A stretch of 64,000 nucleotides of DNA, from the NCBI GenBank assembly GCA_026395175.1, contig JAPLZF010000015.1, forward strand, positions 21,066-85,065, written 5' to 3'. The translations under genes were made by a program, and so were the position numbers. Below, piece after piece: positions 42,557 through 51,534 of this stretch; within the stretch, counting starts at the first letter, position 1, and each line of letters begins with the position of its first letter. Under the pieces are notes generated by a model. That model had not been told where the DNA came from. It did not search any database and saw only the letters and a list, made by a program, of their open reading frames with translations. Origin of the DNA: Candidatus Staskawiczbacteria bacterium. Lineage in GTDB: Bacteria; Patescibacteriota; Minisyncoccia; Minisyncoccales; Staskawiczbacteraceae.

Positions 42557-43771
42557 TTAAAATTTAATTTTCTTCCTGATTTCTACAAGTGTATCAACTA
42601 AATAATCTATTTGTTCAAAAGTGTGGTCGCAGGTTAAAGTTGTTCTCAGCCTTGCTTGTTTTTGAGGAACAGCCGGCCATCGGGCTGCCGGAATAAATAT
42701 ATTTCTTTCCAGCAATAAGTTGCTCGCTTGCATTGCTTTTTTTTCGTCTCCGATAATAATTGGCATTATTTGAGTGTTGGAAGCGCCTGTATTAAAATTC
42801 AATTCTTTTAATTTGCCCCTCAAATATTCGGCGTTCTCAAGCAATTTTTTCCTGCGCCAAGGCTCTTTTTCCGCAATTTCAATGGCTTTTATTAACCCGT
42901 AAACAACCGGCGGAGCAATGGGAGCTGTAAAAATAAAAGAATCTGAAGCAATTTTTAAATAATCAATTAATATTTTTCTTCCCACAATAAATCCGCCGAC
43001 TCCGCCAAATGATTTTGTAAAAGTTCCCATGACAACGTCAACTTTGTTTTCAAGTCCAAAATAATCTTCCAATCCCCTGCCATTTTTTCCCAGAATTCCG
43101 GTTGCATGCGCGTCATCTAAATATACCAGCGCATTGTATTTTTTTGCCAAGTCCAAAATATCAGGCAAAGGCGCAGTATCACCGTCCATGCTGAAAACTC
43201 CGTCGGTAACTATCATTTTTCTGGCTTTAACCGGATATTTGCTTAATTTATTTTTCAAGTCGCCAACATCAGTATGTTTATAAATTTCTTTTTGAGCTCC
43301 GGAAAGCCTAATCCCGGCTATAATGCTTGCATGGTTATATTCATCGCTGAATATAATAGTATCTTTTTCCCTTTCAATTTTTCCGCCCAAAAGACTTTTT
43401 ATCGAAGGCTTAAAAACATTTGCTATTGCCGGTATGGCGCCGGAATTAGCCATATACCCGGACACAAAAGATATTCCAGCCTCGCGATGTTTGAATTCGG
43501 CTATCTTTTTTTCCAATTGCTGATGTATTTCAATATTGCCGGTAAGCAATCTGGCGCTTCCATTTCCAATTCCCCATTTTTTTACGCCTTCAACAGCGGC
43601 CGCCACCACTCTTTCGTCATGCATTAGGCCAAGATAATTGTTTGTGGCAAACAATAAAACTTTTTTACCATTTACAATGGTTTCTGGAGCATGTGGAGAC
43701 GACACCACCGGCGACTCCGGATAAAGGCCGAACTTTTTTATATAATTTAACGCTTTTTCTATTCTTTTCAT
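42557..43771 (-). CDS. Alpha-oxoamine synthase family PLP enzyme (BioF/KBL/serine-palmitoyltransferase-like)
   Basis: 404 aa. Contains NNYLGL, DEYNHASII, SMDGD, DDAHATG and the PLP lysine in GTFTKSFG. Confidence 0.85.
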   Translation of the reverse strand: MKRIEKALNYIKKFGLYPESPVVSSPHAPETIVNGKKVLLFATNNYLGLMHDERVVAAAVEGVKKWGIGNGSARLLTGNIEIHQQLEKKIAEFKHREAGISFVSGYMANSGAIPAIANVFKPSIKSLLGGKIEREKDTIIFSDEYNHASIIAGIRLSGAQKEIYKHTDVGDLKNKLSKYPVKARKMIVTDGVFSMDGDTAPLPDILDLAKKYNALVYLDDAHATGILGKNGRGLEDYFGLENKVDVVMGTFTKSFGGVGGFIVGRKILIDYLKIASDSFIFTAPIAPPVVYGLIKAIEIAEKEPWRRKKLLENAEYLRGKLKELNFNTGASNTQIMPIIIGDEKKAMQASNLLLERNIFIPAARWPAVPQKQARLRTTLTCDHTFEQIDYLVDTLVEIRKKIKF

Positions 43772-43784
43772 TTTATTTTATTTT

Positions 43785-46745
43785 TTAATAGCTCCAGCTC
43801 AAATCGCCTTTATTCGTCGTAATTTTGATAATTTTCAGACCGCTTAATGATTTTAATATTTTGCCTGAGGAATCCTTGCCAATCAAGCTTGTATTTTTGC
43901 CGTCATAAACCGCTAAAACATTATATTCTTTCTTGGATTTTGCATATTGGGAAAGCATTTTCAAATTTTTATTTTTATCATAAAGCCACAAAAATGCCAT
44001 TTGGTTTTTGCTGATGTCAACGGAAACTCCATTATATTTTATTGCCTTAATTTCAGCCGACATTAAAATTTTTCGGTTTTTGCTTTTCAAATCAATTTCT
44101 GTTGTGTTGCCGGCATGATCTGTCAAAATAATCACGTCGTCTTTGTCAGAAATTGAATCAGAACTTTCCGCCGGGTAAAATTTTAAATCTTTTATGCCTG
44201 GGTCAAATTGGATTACTGCTTCCGGCGCTGTTTTATCTATTGTAAAAGTTATGGTTTTTTCCTGTTCGTTATTTCCCGCCTTGTCGGTTGAAAAAAATAT
44301 TATTGAGTGTTTTCCTTCTTTTGAAACTGGAATTACGGCTGTGTCGTCGGATATTTTCTGCCAACCTGCGTCATCCAAATTATATTCCATATCCAAAACG
44401 CCCGAAGAATCATCTGTTGCTTTGATATTTGCATTGACATTACTTCTATAAAAACCGGGCTGGCCAATTGCGCCGGTTAAAGTTGCTGTTGAAACCGGCG
44501 GCAATAAATCTTCAGAGGCAGAACTATCAAGAGTTGCCGACGGCAAAATAATTTCAGGCGAATTATTTAAAGAAAGCGTTGTTGAGTTGTCGGCAGGGCT
44601 GATATTAATTTGGCCTTCAAGCTCTGCTGTAACCGACAAGTTGCTGAATACTTCTGTTTTTGCAATTTGGCTGTTGCTTATATCCTGATTTTTTATTGTG
44701 AAAGTTCCTGCGCCTGTTCCCTGCAAATTTATGTTGTAAACTTGACCGTTATCCTGCGGAAGATAAACAAATTTGTGTTCGCCTAAAATTTCAAAATCGG
44801 CATTTGGAATTTCGTTTATAATGCTTCCGTCGTCTGCCAAGCCTAATTTATTTCCATTTTGGTCTGTCACAAAAATATTTACCGGGCTAAAAACAGAAAT
44901 TGCTTTTCCATTTAAACCGCACTTTAAAACATCCTGAGTTATCAAATCCTGGCCATTGTCTTGGCTTGTCGGAAGATTACTGCCGGAAACTAAATTTACA
45001 ATTTCCTGACGAATTCCATTTTCGCTTGGCATTTTTCCGTGGTCGGAAACCAAAGCATAATATTTATTATTCTGGTTAATTGGCAAATTTGTAGCGCTTT
45101 CCAAAGGAACTGTGTTGTCGCCGGGAACCAAAGGCAAAGCTCCATATTGCAAGCTATAACTTGTTTCCTCGCCTCCAAACATATTTTTGTCTTTTCTTTC
45201 CACAACTTGCGCCAAAGTTCCTGCCCTGCATCCGTCTATGGCATAAAGCTCAACTCCAGCTGTTCTTAAATCGTAATTGTCAAAATTTTGCGTATGCAAA
45301 TTTTCAGCATTGGCAAGCCCCAAAGCGTTTAAAGAATGCTCGCCGGTTAAAAAACTTTCCGATTCTTCATAATTCAAATCTTTTTCTGAATAAGTTAAAT
45401 TGTAAATGTCCTGATTTATTGTTTTTATAAAACTGCCTTTTTCGCTATAATATTGCCGGCTGGGAAGCAAGTCGTAGCTGGCGGGCATGTTTGCAGAAAT
45501 CTTTTTTATTTCCTGGTCGTTCAGCCCCAAAACTCCAAAATTGTCTCCCTGCAATAAAACTTTTACTGCTTTTGGAGCGCCGGTATTCGGCACGCCCACA
45601 AAAACAGCTTTTCCAATGTGATTATCTGTTGGATTATCCATTGCATATTTTTTGACAATCAAACCGCCCATGCTGTGGGCAACAACATCAACTTTGTCGC
45701 TACCGGTCTGTGCCATAATATCCTGAATTTTTGTCGCCAGCAAATCTGCATTAGTTTTTCCATCGGCAAATTTTCCTGACACCCCATACCGCCAATCATA
45801 AGGAAAAGTAAACAAATTTTCATTCTCTGCATATCCCTGCCCCTTAAATTCATTAATAAGCCCATCTGTGTAATCATAGTTAACTAAGCCGAAAGCAGTT
45901 TCTATTTTTTTAATAACATCACTCGCATAAACTCCATTATCCGCTGATGTTAAATCTTGGTTAAATCCTAGCGGATCCATAAAATTATCGCCAATATTTG
46001 TTAACATTCTTTCTATATCTAGCCATAATAATTCATCCCCATTTTTCATTTCTGTTCCAACTAATCCCGGCACAATCAAAACCGGATTTTTTGTTTTAAC
46101 ATTAATTAAATTTTCTTGTATGGCATCAAAATAAGCAACCCCGTCTGTAACGCTCATCCTTACAGTGTTCAGTCCTGTTGTCCAATTGGCCATTCCAGAA
46201 ACCCAGCTTGTCCATGCTCCGCCATTAATATTATATCTGACTTTATGGTCAGAGCTTCTCCATTGTATTTGCAGAGCATACCAAGAATCTGAAGAAAACC
46301 CTGGTCCAAAATTAACATACGAAGCGCTGTCGCCGTTAAAATATCTGAAAAAACTTAAATTATTCTTCATAGACGCCACAACAACAGCGCCCTCTTTCAG
46401 CTGGACTTCCACTTGAGGATTGGTGGTTCCTCCAACAACTCTCCGCATATAAATAGTAATTAATCCATTATTCAAAGTTTTGCCGGATTTTTCTGCGAAA
46501 AAAGAACCCGGGTAGGGTTCGTATATTTTCATAGCTTTTGTCCCTTCAAAAACGGTATAATTTTCAACTATCACATTCGGCGAACTGGCATACCATGAAC
46601 CCTGCCCTTTCAAAGACCCATTATTAATGTAATCATTGAAATTATCAGTAAATATGGTTGCCGCATCGGCGCTGTTGCAAAAAATAAAAAATCCAAAAAA
46701 ACTGAATATTATTACGCCAATAAAAATTCCAATTTTATTTTTCAT
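43785..46745 (-). CDS. Large secreted alpha/beta-hydrolase lipase (LCAT/PGAP1-like) with an N-terminal LamG-like domain and C-terminal Ig-like domains
   Basis: 986 aa with a signal/TM at the N-terminus. PVLIVPGLVGTEM is an LCAT-type start, and the nucleophile elbow is VDVVAHSMGGLIV. The C-terminal beta-rich region is unassigned. Confidence 0.6.
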   Translation of the reverse strand: MKNKIGIFIGVIIFSFFGFFIFCNSADAATIFTDNFNDYINNGSLKGQGSWYASSPNVIVENYTVFEGTKAMKIYEPYPGSFFAEKSGKTLNNGLITIYMRRVVGGTTNPQVEVQLKEGAVVVASMKNNLSFFRYFNGDSASYVNFGPGFSSDSWYALQIQWRSSDHKVRYNINGGAWTSWVSGMANWTTGLNTVRMSVTDGVAYFDAIQENLINVKTKNPVLIVPGLVGTEMKNGDELLWLDIERMLTNIGDNFMDPLGFNQDLTSADNGVYASDVIKKIETAFGLVNYDYTDGLINEFKGQGYAENENLFTFPYDWRYGVSGKFADGKTNADLLATKIQDIMAQTGSDKVDVVAHSMGGLIVKKYAMDNPTDNHIGKAVFVGVPNTGAPKAVKVLLQGDNFGVLGLNDQEIKKISANMPASYDLLPSRQYYSEKGSFIKTINQDIYNLTYSEKDLNYEESESFLTGEHSLNALGLANAENLHTQNFDNYDLRTAGVELYAIDGCRAGTLAQVVERKDKNMFGGEETSYSLQYGALPLVPGDNTVPLESATNLPINQNNKYYALVSDHGKMPSENGIRQEIVNLVSGSNLPTSQDNGQDLITQDVLKCGLNGKAISVFSPVNIFVTDQNGNKLGLADDGSIINEIPNADFEILGEHKFVYLPQDNGQVYNINLQGTGAGTFTIKNQDISNSQIAKTEVFSNLSVTAELEGQINISPADNSTTLSLNNSPEIILPSATLDSSASEDLLPPVSTATLTGAIGQPGFYRSNVNANIKATDDSSGVLDMEYNLDDAGWQKISDDTAVIPVSKEGKHSIIFFSTDKAGNNEQEKTITFTIDKTAPEAVIQFDPGIKDLKFYPAESSDSISDKDDVIILTDHAGNTTEIDLKSKNRKILMSAEIKAIKYNGVSVDISKNQMAFLWLYDKNKNLKMLSQYAKSKKEYNVLAVYDGKNTSLIGKDSSGKILKSLSGLKIIKITTNKGDLSWSY

Positions 46746-46752
46746 AAAAATT

Positions 46753-47091
46753 TTAGAAAAAGTTAATTCGGCTCATCGAATATGATAAACATAAACTTAA
46801 TACCAACACTAACAATATTATCACCAATACTATATCTAAAGCATATTTTAATATAGTATTAATTTTTGCATCTTTTTTGTTTAGCAAATAAATAATCCCC
46901 GAAATACCAATAATTTCTATAATAATCACCAAGAAAGCTATCATCGGTTCGTCAGTAAAATATTTTATATTTTTATAAATTGGTAAAAAAGATATTTTAA
47001 ATATTTTTATGAGATTACCCCATAAAATTTCTGGGACGGCAAACATTGCCATAAAAATCCAAAGCCATATTTTTTGTATTTTTGTCATCAT
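46753..47091 (-). CDS. Small polytopic membrane protein
   Basis: 112 aa with 3 hydrophobic segments. Confidence 0.35.
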   Translation of the reverse strand: MMTKIQKIWLWIFMAMFAVPEILWGNLIKIFKISFLPIYKNIKYFTDEPMIAFLVIIIEIIGISGIIYLLNKKDAKINTILKYALDIVLVIILLVLVLSLCLSYSMSRINFF

Positions 47092-47160
47092 ATTTTTAAC
47101 TTCGCTTATTCCAATATTCTCAAGAACACTGGAATATCCAAAGTGCGATTAATTTTAATA

Positions 47161-47511
47161 TTATTCTTTATATTGTTCTCTTATTTTAGACCAACAAAAA
47201 ATAATTATACAGGATAAAATATACAGATAAATAATTTCAAAAAAACCAAATACAAAAATCCAAACGTTGCCTTCTTGTAAAAAATTAAAATGCTTTAGAA
47301 TAGGAGCGAACATACTTAAGAAAAAATAAACGGGTCCGACTAAAATAATGATAAAAAGCACTGACCCAGATGAACCATTACATCCCCAACTAAACATACA
47401 ATCCATGACAAATGAAAGATACCAAAATATTGTAATTATAGTAGAAATTAATAAAATAATAGCAAAAATAATCTTTTTCTTTGAAGGCGTTAAAATTTCT
47501 AATATATTCAT
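47161..47511 (-). CDS. Small polytopic membrane protein
   Basis: 116 aa with 3-4 hydrophobic segments. Confidence 0.35.
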   Translation of the reverse strand: MNILEILTPSKKKIIFAIILLISTIITIFWYLSFVMDCMFSWGCNGSSGSVLFIIILVGPVYFFLSMFAPILKHFNFLQEGNVWIFVFGFFEIIYLYILSCIIIFCWSKIREQYKE

Positions 47512-47575
47512 ATTGTTTAATTATACACCTTCTCATCTAAACAAAAAACCTTGTCAAACTTTTGGCTGTGGATAA

Positions 47576-47611
47576 CTTTCGGTTTTCTTTCGGTTTTTAT
47601 ATTGTTATAAT
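47576..47611 (+). promoter_or_regulatory. Promoter region of the LexA-Dam gene: tandem 11-nt direct repeats over the -35, then TATAAT
   Basis: CTTTCGGTTTT occurs twice (47576-47586 and 47587-47597). TATAAT is at 47606-47611, 27 nt before the ATG. TATTG-N11-CAATA brackets the -10. Confidence 0.4.
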
Positions 47612-47638
47612 AAAGCAATAAAAATAATTTTCAAAGAA

Positions 47639-49180
47639 ATGCTAACAAAAAAACAAACCCAAACATTAGACTATATCAAAAAATACATAGAAGAAAAAAA
47701 CTATTCCCCCACGCTTGAAGAGATAAGAGACAATTTTGGTCTCTCCTCGGTTTCCACCATACACGAACACGTGCAAACTCTTAAAGAAAAGGGATATTTA
47801 GAAAAAATAGAAAATCAACCAAGGTCAATCGAATTATCCCAAAACAAAAAATTTGAATTGTTAGAAATCCCTCTGCTTGGGATTATCGCTGCCGGACAAC
47901 CCATAGAGGCGATTGAAATTCCAGAAGAAACAATAACTATACCAAAAAATGACGTTGGAAAATTTGGAAAATTTTATGCCTTGAAAGTTCGAGGAGACAG
48001 CATGATAGACGAAGGAATTTTCGACGGCGATATAGTTGTGCTCAGAGAACAAAAAATTGCTGAAGACGGCCAAACCGTTGTTGCAATTATTGACGACAAC
48101 CAAGCAACGCTTAAAAAAATATATCGGGAGAAAAATAAATTTCGTTTGCAACCGGCAAATCAAAATCTTTTACCATTTTTCAGAACTAATGTGGAAATTC
48201 GCGGTGTAGTTGTAAAAGTTATACGAAACCTTGAAATCAACAGAGAAAATACACTAGAAAACAGGAAAAAAGTATTTTTAGAAAGAATAAGAAGCAAAAA
48301 TCCAGACAGTTCTAATAAATACAAAAGAGTCGTTGAATCGCCGATAAGATACGCTGGCGGAAAAAGTTTAGGAGTTGGATTTGTTGCAGAACTTTTACCA
48401 GATAATATAAATAGGATAATATCGCCATTTTTTGGCGGAGGATCAATTGAAATCGCTTTCAACAAATATCTTGGACTAGAGGTTGTCGGATATGATATTT
48501 TTGATATTTTGGTCAATTATTGGAATATCCAAATAAACAAGCCAAAAGCATTATTCAAAAGATTGTCAGAATTAGAGCCAAACGAAAAAACCTACAAAGA
48601 TATAAAAGAAAGATTGAAAAAACATTGGAAGAAAGAAAAAAAGATGGCTCCGATGGACTTAGCTGTTCATTATTATTTTAATCATAATCTATCATATGGC
48701 CCTGGATTTTTAGGCTGGCCATCTAGTATTTACCTTAAAAAAGAACGATATGAAACAACCATTGAGAAAGTCCGCGATTTTTCTGTTAACAATTTTGAAG
48801 TTAAATGCGCCAGCTTTGAAGAAGCTTTTGAAAAATACCCAAATGATTTTTTCTATTGCGACCCGCCATATTTGCTGGGCCATGACTCAAAAATGTTTAG
48901 AGGAATTTATCCAATGAGAAATATTCCTGTCCATCATAATGGATTTCCTCACGAAAAATTATTAGATTTACTAAAAAAACACAAAGGTGGCTTTGTGCTT
49001 TCTTACAACAATTGCCAAACTATAAGAGATTGGTATAAAGATTACAAACATTATTTCCCAACGTGGCAATATACAATGGGACAAGGAGAAACTAGAATAG
49101 GTAAAAACAGGATAGAAAACGGAGACAACCACATAAAACATTCCCACGAAATAATTATCTTCTGCCCTCCAGCAATTTAA
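47639..49180 (+). CDS. Fusion protein: full-length LexA (wHTH plus S24 self-cleaving domain) joined to a Dam-family (D12 class) N6-adenine DNA methyltransferase
   Basis: One uninterrupted 513-aa ORF. The LexA part has LTKKQ..LDYIKKYI..SPTLEEI, the cleavage site IIAAGQP, the catalytic Ser in VRGDSM, the Lys in QATLKKI, and ends ..RGVVVKVIRNL. A basic linker of about 35 aa follows. The MTase part has SPIRYAGGK, PFFGGGS (motif I) and FYCDPPY (motif IV). Confidence 0.85.
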   Translation: MLTKKQTQTLDYIKKYIEEKNYSPTLEEIRDNFGLSSVSTIHEHVQTLKEKGYLEKIENQPRSIELSQNKKFELLEIPLLGIIAAGQPIEAIEIPEETITIPKNDVGKFGKFYALKVRGDSMIDEGIFDGDIVVLREQKIAEDGQTVVAIIDDNQATLKKIYREKNKFRLQPANQNLLPFFRTNVEIRGVVVKVIRNLEINRENTLENRKKVFLERIRSKNPDSSNKYKRVVESPIRYAGGKSLGVGFVAELLPDNINRIISPFFGGGSIEIAFNKYLGLEVVGYDIFDILVNYWNIQINKPKALFKRLSELEPNEKTYKDIKERLKKHWKKEKKMAPMDLAVHYYFNHNLSYGPGFLGWPSSIYLKKERYETTIEKVRDFSVNNFEVKCASFEEAFEKYPNDFFYCDPPYLLGHDSKMFRGIYPMRNIPVHHNGFPHEKLLDLLKKHKGGFVLSYNNCQTIRDWYKDYKHYFPTWQYTMGQGETRIGKNRIENGDNHIKHSHEIIIFCPPAI

Positions 49181-49776
49181 ACTTTTTTAGATTTTTTCTT
49201 AGCTTTTTTAGCATTTTGAACACGATATTTTTCATAACTTTTCCGGACCCATTCTGGCCAACGATAACCGGCTCCCCTCCCTCTGCTTTGGAAATGCCAA
49301 TCTGGATATTTATGTTCAACAGAAAAATAGTCCTCATTACATTTTTCTTCCATCTCTTTATATGCGACAACAAATCCTTTTTCACTCCCAAAAAGTCCTT
49401 TGATTTCTGTTTTTATTTCTTTTGAAACTATCACATAAAATTCTACCTTTTTACCTTCGTCAAGTTCTTTTTTAATAAGAAGATGGATACCGAAACTTCT
49501 GATGCTTGGACCACCTTGCATAGCTCCTTGATAAAAATTCATGGTAGATTTTATTCCCCCTTTTCCTTGAGATCCCCCAATTTTCTTTATTATCTTATTA
49601 ATTACAATAATGTATACAAATCCAACTCTTTTTCTTAAAATTTTATTATCTAATTTTTGTCCATTTTCATCGAAAATATTTTCGATATAATTAAATTTAA
49701 TAAAATTTTTAGGATGTATCGGCTCTAAAACAACATCTGCAACCTTAAAACACGTTTTGACTTCTTTAATATTCAT
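49177..49776 (-). CDS. GIY-YIG/T5orf172-like nuclease candidate, convergent with the LexA-Dam gene
   Basis: 199 aa. RVGFVYIIVINKIIKKIGGSQ fits G-(I/V)-Y ..~10.. (Y/K)-I-G. An acidic cluster (KEMEEKCNEDY) lies downstream, and the C-terminal tail is basic. The stop overlaps the LexA-Dam stop region by 4 nt. Confidence 0.45.
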   Translation of the reverse strand: MNIKEVKTCFKVADVVLEPIHPKNFIKFNYIENIFDENGQKLDNKILRKRVGFVYIIVINKIIKKIGGSQGKGGIKSTMNFYQGAMQGGPSIRSFGIHLLIKKELDEGKKVEFYVIVSKEIKTEIKGLFGSEKGFVVAYKEMEEKCNEDYFSVEHKYPDWHFQSRGRGAGYRWPEWVRKSYEKYRVQNAKKAKKKSKKV

Positions 49777-49793
49777 AAATTTATAAATTAATA

Positions 49794-51530
49794 TTAGTTA
49801 TACATCGATTCGATGGATTTTTTGTAGTGGGTTTCAATAATGTGCCTGCGGAATTTTAAAGTGGCTGTGAGCTCTTCCCTTTCCTGTGAAAATTCCTGCG
49901 GCAAAAGCCTGAAATTTCTTATTTTTTCAAAATCGTGCAAGTTAGGATTTATTTTTTCATCAATTCTTTTCTGAAAAATATCCAGCAGAACACGGCTTTT
50001 TATCAGCTTGTCGTGTTCCTGCAAAGACAAATTATTCTGCTTGAAATACATTTCAATTTCCTGCCAGTCGGGAACAATCAAAGCGGAAATAAATTTTCTG
50101 CTGTTTCCAATAATTATTGCCTGAGAAATAAAGCGGTCGTTATTCAACAAATTTTCAACGGGCTCGGGCCAAACATTTTTGCCTCCGGAAGTCACAATCA
50201 TTTCCTTTGCCCTGCCGATTATTGTCAAAAACCCCTGCTTGTCGATAAAGCCCAAGTCGCCGGTGCAAAACCATCCTTCTTTGTCAAAACATATTTTTGC
50301 CTCATTTTTTCCTCTGAAATATTCCTGAAAAACATTCGGGCCTTTCACCAAAATTTCCTTGTCGTCAGCAATTTTAACTTTTACGCCGGGAATTATCTTG
50401 CCCACCGTGCCAAATTTAAAATCAAATTCCCGGTTTGTGGAAATTACCGGCGAAGTTTCCGTCAAGCCATATCCTTCCAAAATCATAATTCCAATTTTTG
50501 AAAAAAATCCGGCGATGTTCTCGTTCAAAGACGCTCCGCCAGAAATGGCAAGCCGAAGTTTTCCGCCCAATTGACGCCTTACTTTTTTGAAAACCGCAAA
50601 ATCGGCTATTTTGTATCTTAATGTGTTTTTTTTCTGCTTTAACGCCCATTTGAAAATTCTTTTTTGGAAATCAGGCGAGCTGTTTATCTTGTCCCAAATA
50701 GCATCATGGAATTTTTCAAAAACGCGCGGAACCGAAATAATCACAGTCGGCTTCACTTCTTTCAAGTTAGCCGGCAGTTGTTTTGTATTTTCCGCGTAGG
50801 CTATTGTGGCGCCGTAACATATTGGCACATAATAGCCAATTGTCCTTTCCAAAACATGCGACAACGGCAGAAAAGACAAAAAAACATCATTTTCCTTCAC
50901 CGGAACAATTTCATTTATCGCCTCCACGTTGCTCAAAAAATTTCTGTGCGACAAAATTACGCCTTTGGGTTTTCCGGTGGTGCCGGAGGTATAAATAATC
51001 GAACAGCAGTCATCGGGGTCCAAAAATATTTTTTCAAATTTGTTATTTTGATTCTGGGAAAATATGGCTTTCCAGCTGATGACTTTACCGGTTAAATTTT
51101 CTTTTTGCGTGGCAGACAAGCTTTCCATAATAATAATTTTTTCAAGATGCTTTAAATATTTCTGCCCCAATAATACTTTGTTTAGAAGCTCGCTGTTTGA
51201 AACAATGAGAATTTTTGCCCGAGAATGGTTCAAAACATTACAAACCGCTTTCGGAGTAAAAGTTGCATGCAGGGGCACAACAACAGCTCCAACCGCCATA
51301 ATCGACAAGTCAGAAATTGCCCACTCGGACCTGTTCTCCGATAAAATTGCCACCCTGTCGCCCTTGTTCACTCCGAGAGCTGAAAGGCACGAACTGAAAA
51401 TTTCCACTTTTTTTGAAACTTCTTTGTAGGCAATCGGAAAATAAACTCCCTGTTTTTTGTATAAAAAAGCCGGCTTGTTGGGATGCTTTTCTGCGGTTTC
51501 AAAAAAAACTTCGGGAATTGCCTTATACAT
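49794..51530 (-). CDS. Long-chain fatty acid-CoA ligase (AMP-forming, ANL superfamily)
   Basis: The AMP-binding motif is IIYTSGTTGKPKGV, with later GYGLTE and GDLG motifs. The start is moved to MYKAIPEVFFE (51530) to remove the overlap with the upstream gene. Confidence 0.85.
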   Translation of the reverse strand: MYKAIPEVFFETAEKHPNKPAFLYKKQGVYFPIAYKEVSKKVEIFSSCLSALGVNKGDRVAILSENRSEWAISDLSIMAVGAVVVPLHATFTPKAVCNVLNHSRAKILIVSNSELLNKVLLGQKYLKHLEKIIIMESLSATQKENLTGKVISWKAIFSQNQNNKFEKIFLDPDDCCSIIYTSGTTGKPKGVILSHRNFLSNVEAINEIVPVKENDVFLSFLPLSHVLERTIGYYVPICYGATIAYAENTKQLPANLKEVKPTVIISVPRVFEKFHDAIWDKINSSPDFQKRIFKWALKQKKNTLRYKIADFAVFKKVRRQLGGKLRLAISGGASLNENIAGFFSKIGIMILEGYGLTETSPVISTNREFDFKFGTVGKIIPGVKVKIADDKEILVKGPNVFQEYFRGKNEAKICFDKEGWFCTGDLGFIDKQGFLTIIGRAKEMIVTSGGKNVWPEPVENLLNNDRFISQAIIIGNSRKFISALIVPDWQEIEMYFKQNNLSLQEHDKLIKSRVLLDIFQKRIDEKINPNLHDFEKIRNFRLLPQEFSQEREELTATLKFRRHIIETHYKKSIESMYN

Positions 51531-51534
51531 AAAT

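Noticed and set aside
49778-49789. Perfect 12-bp palindrome AATTTATAAATT just upstream of the GIY-YIG-like ORF, as an operator
   Set aside because: Pure A/T palindromes of this length are expected by chance in such AT-rich DNA, and there is no second copy near the LexA-Dam promoter.
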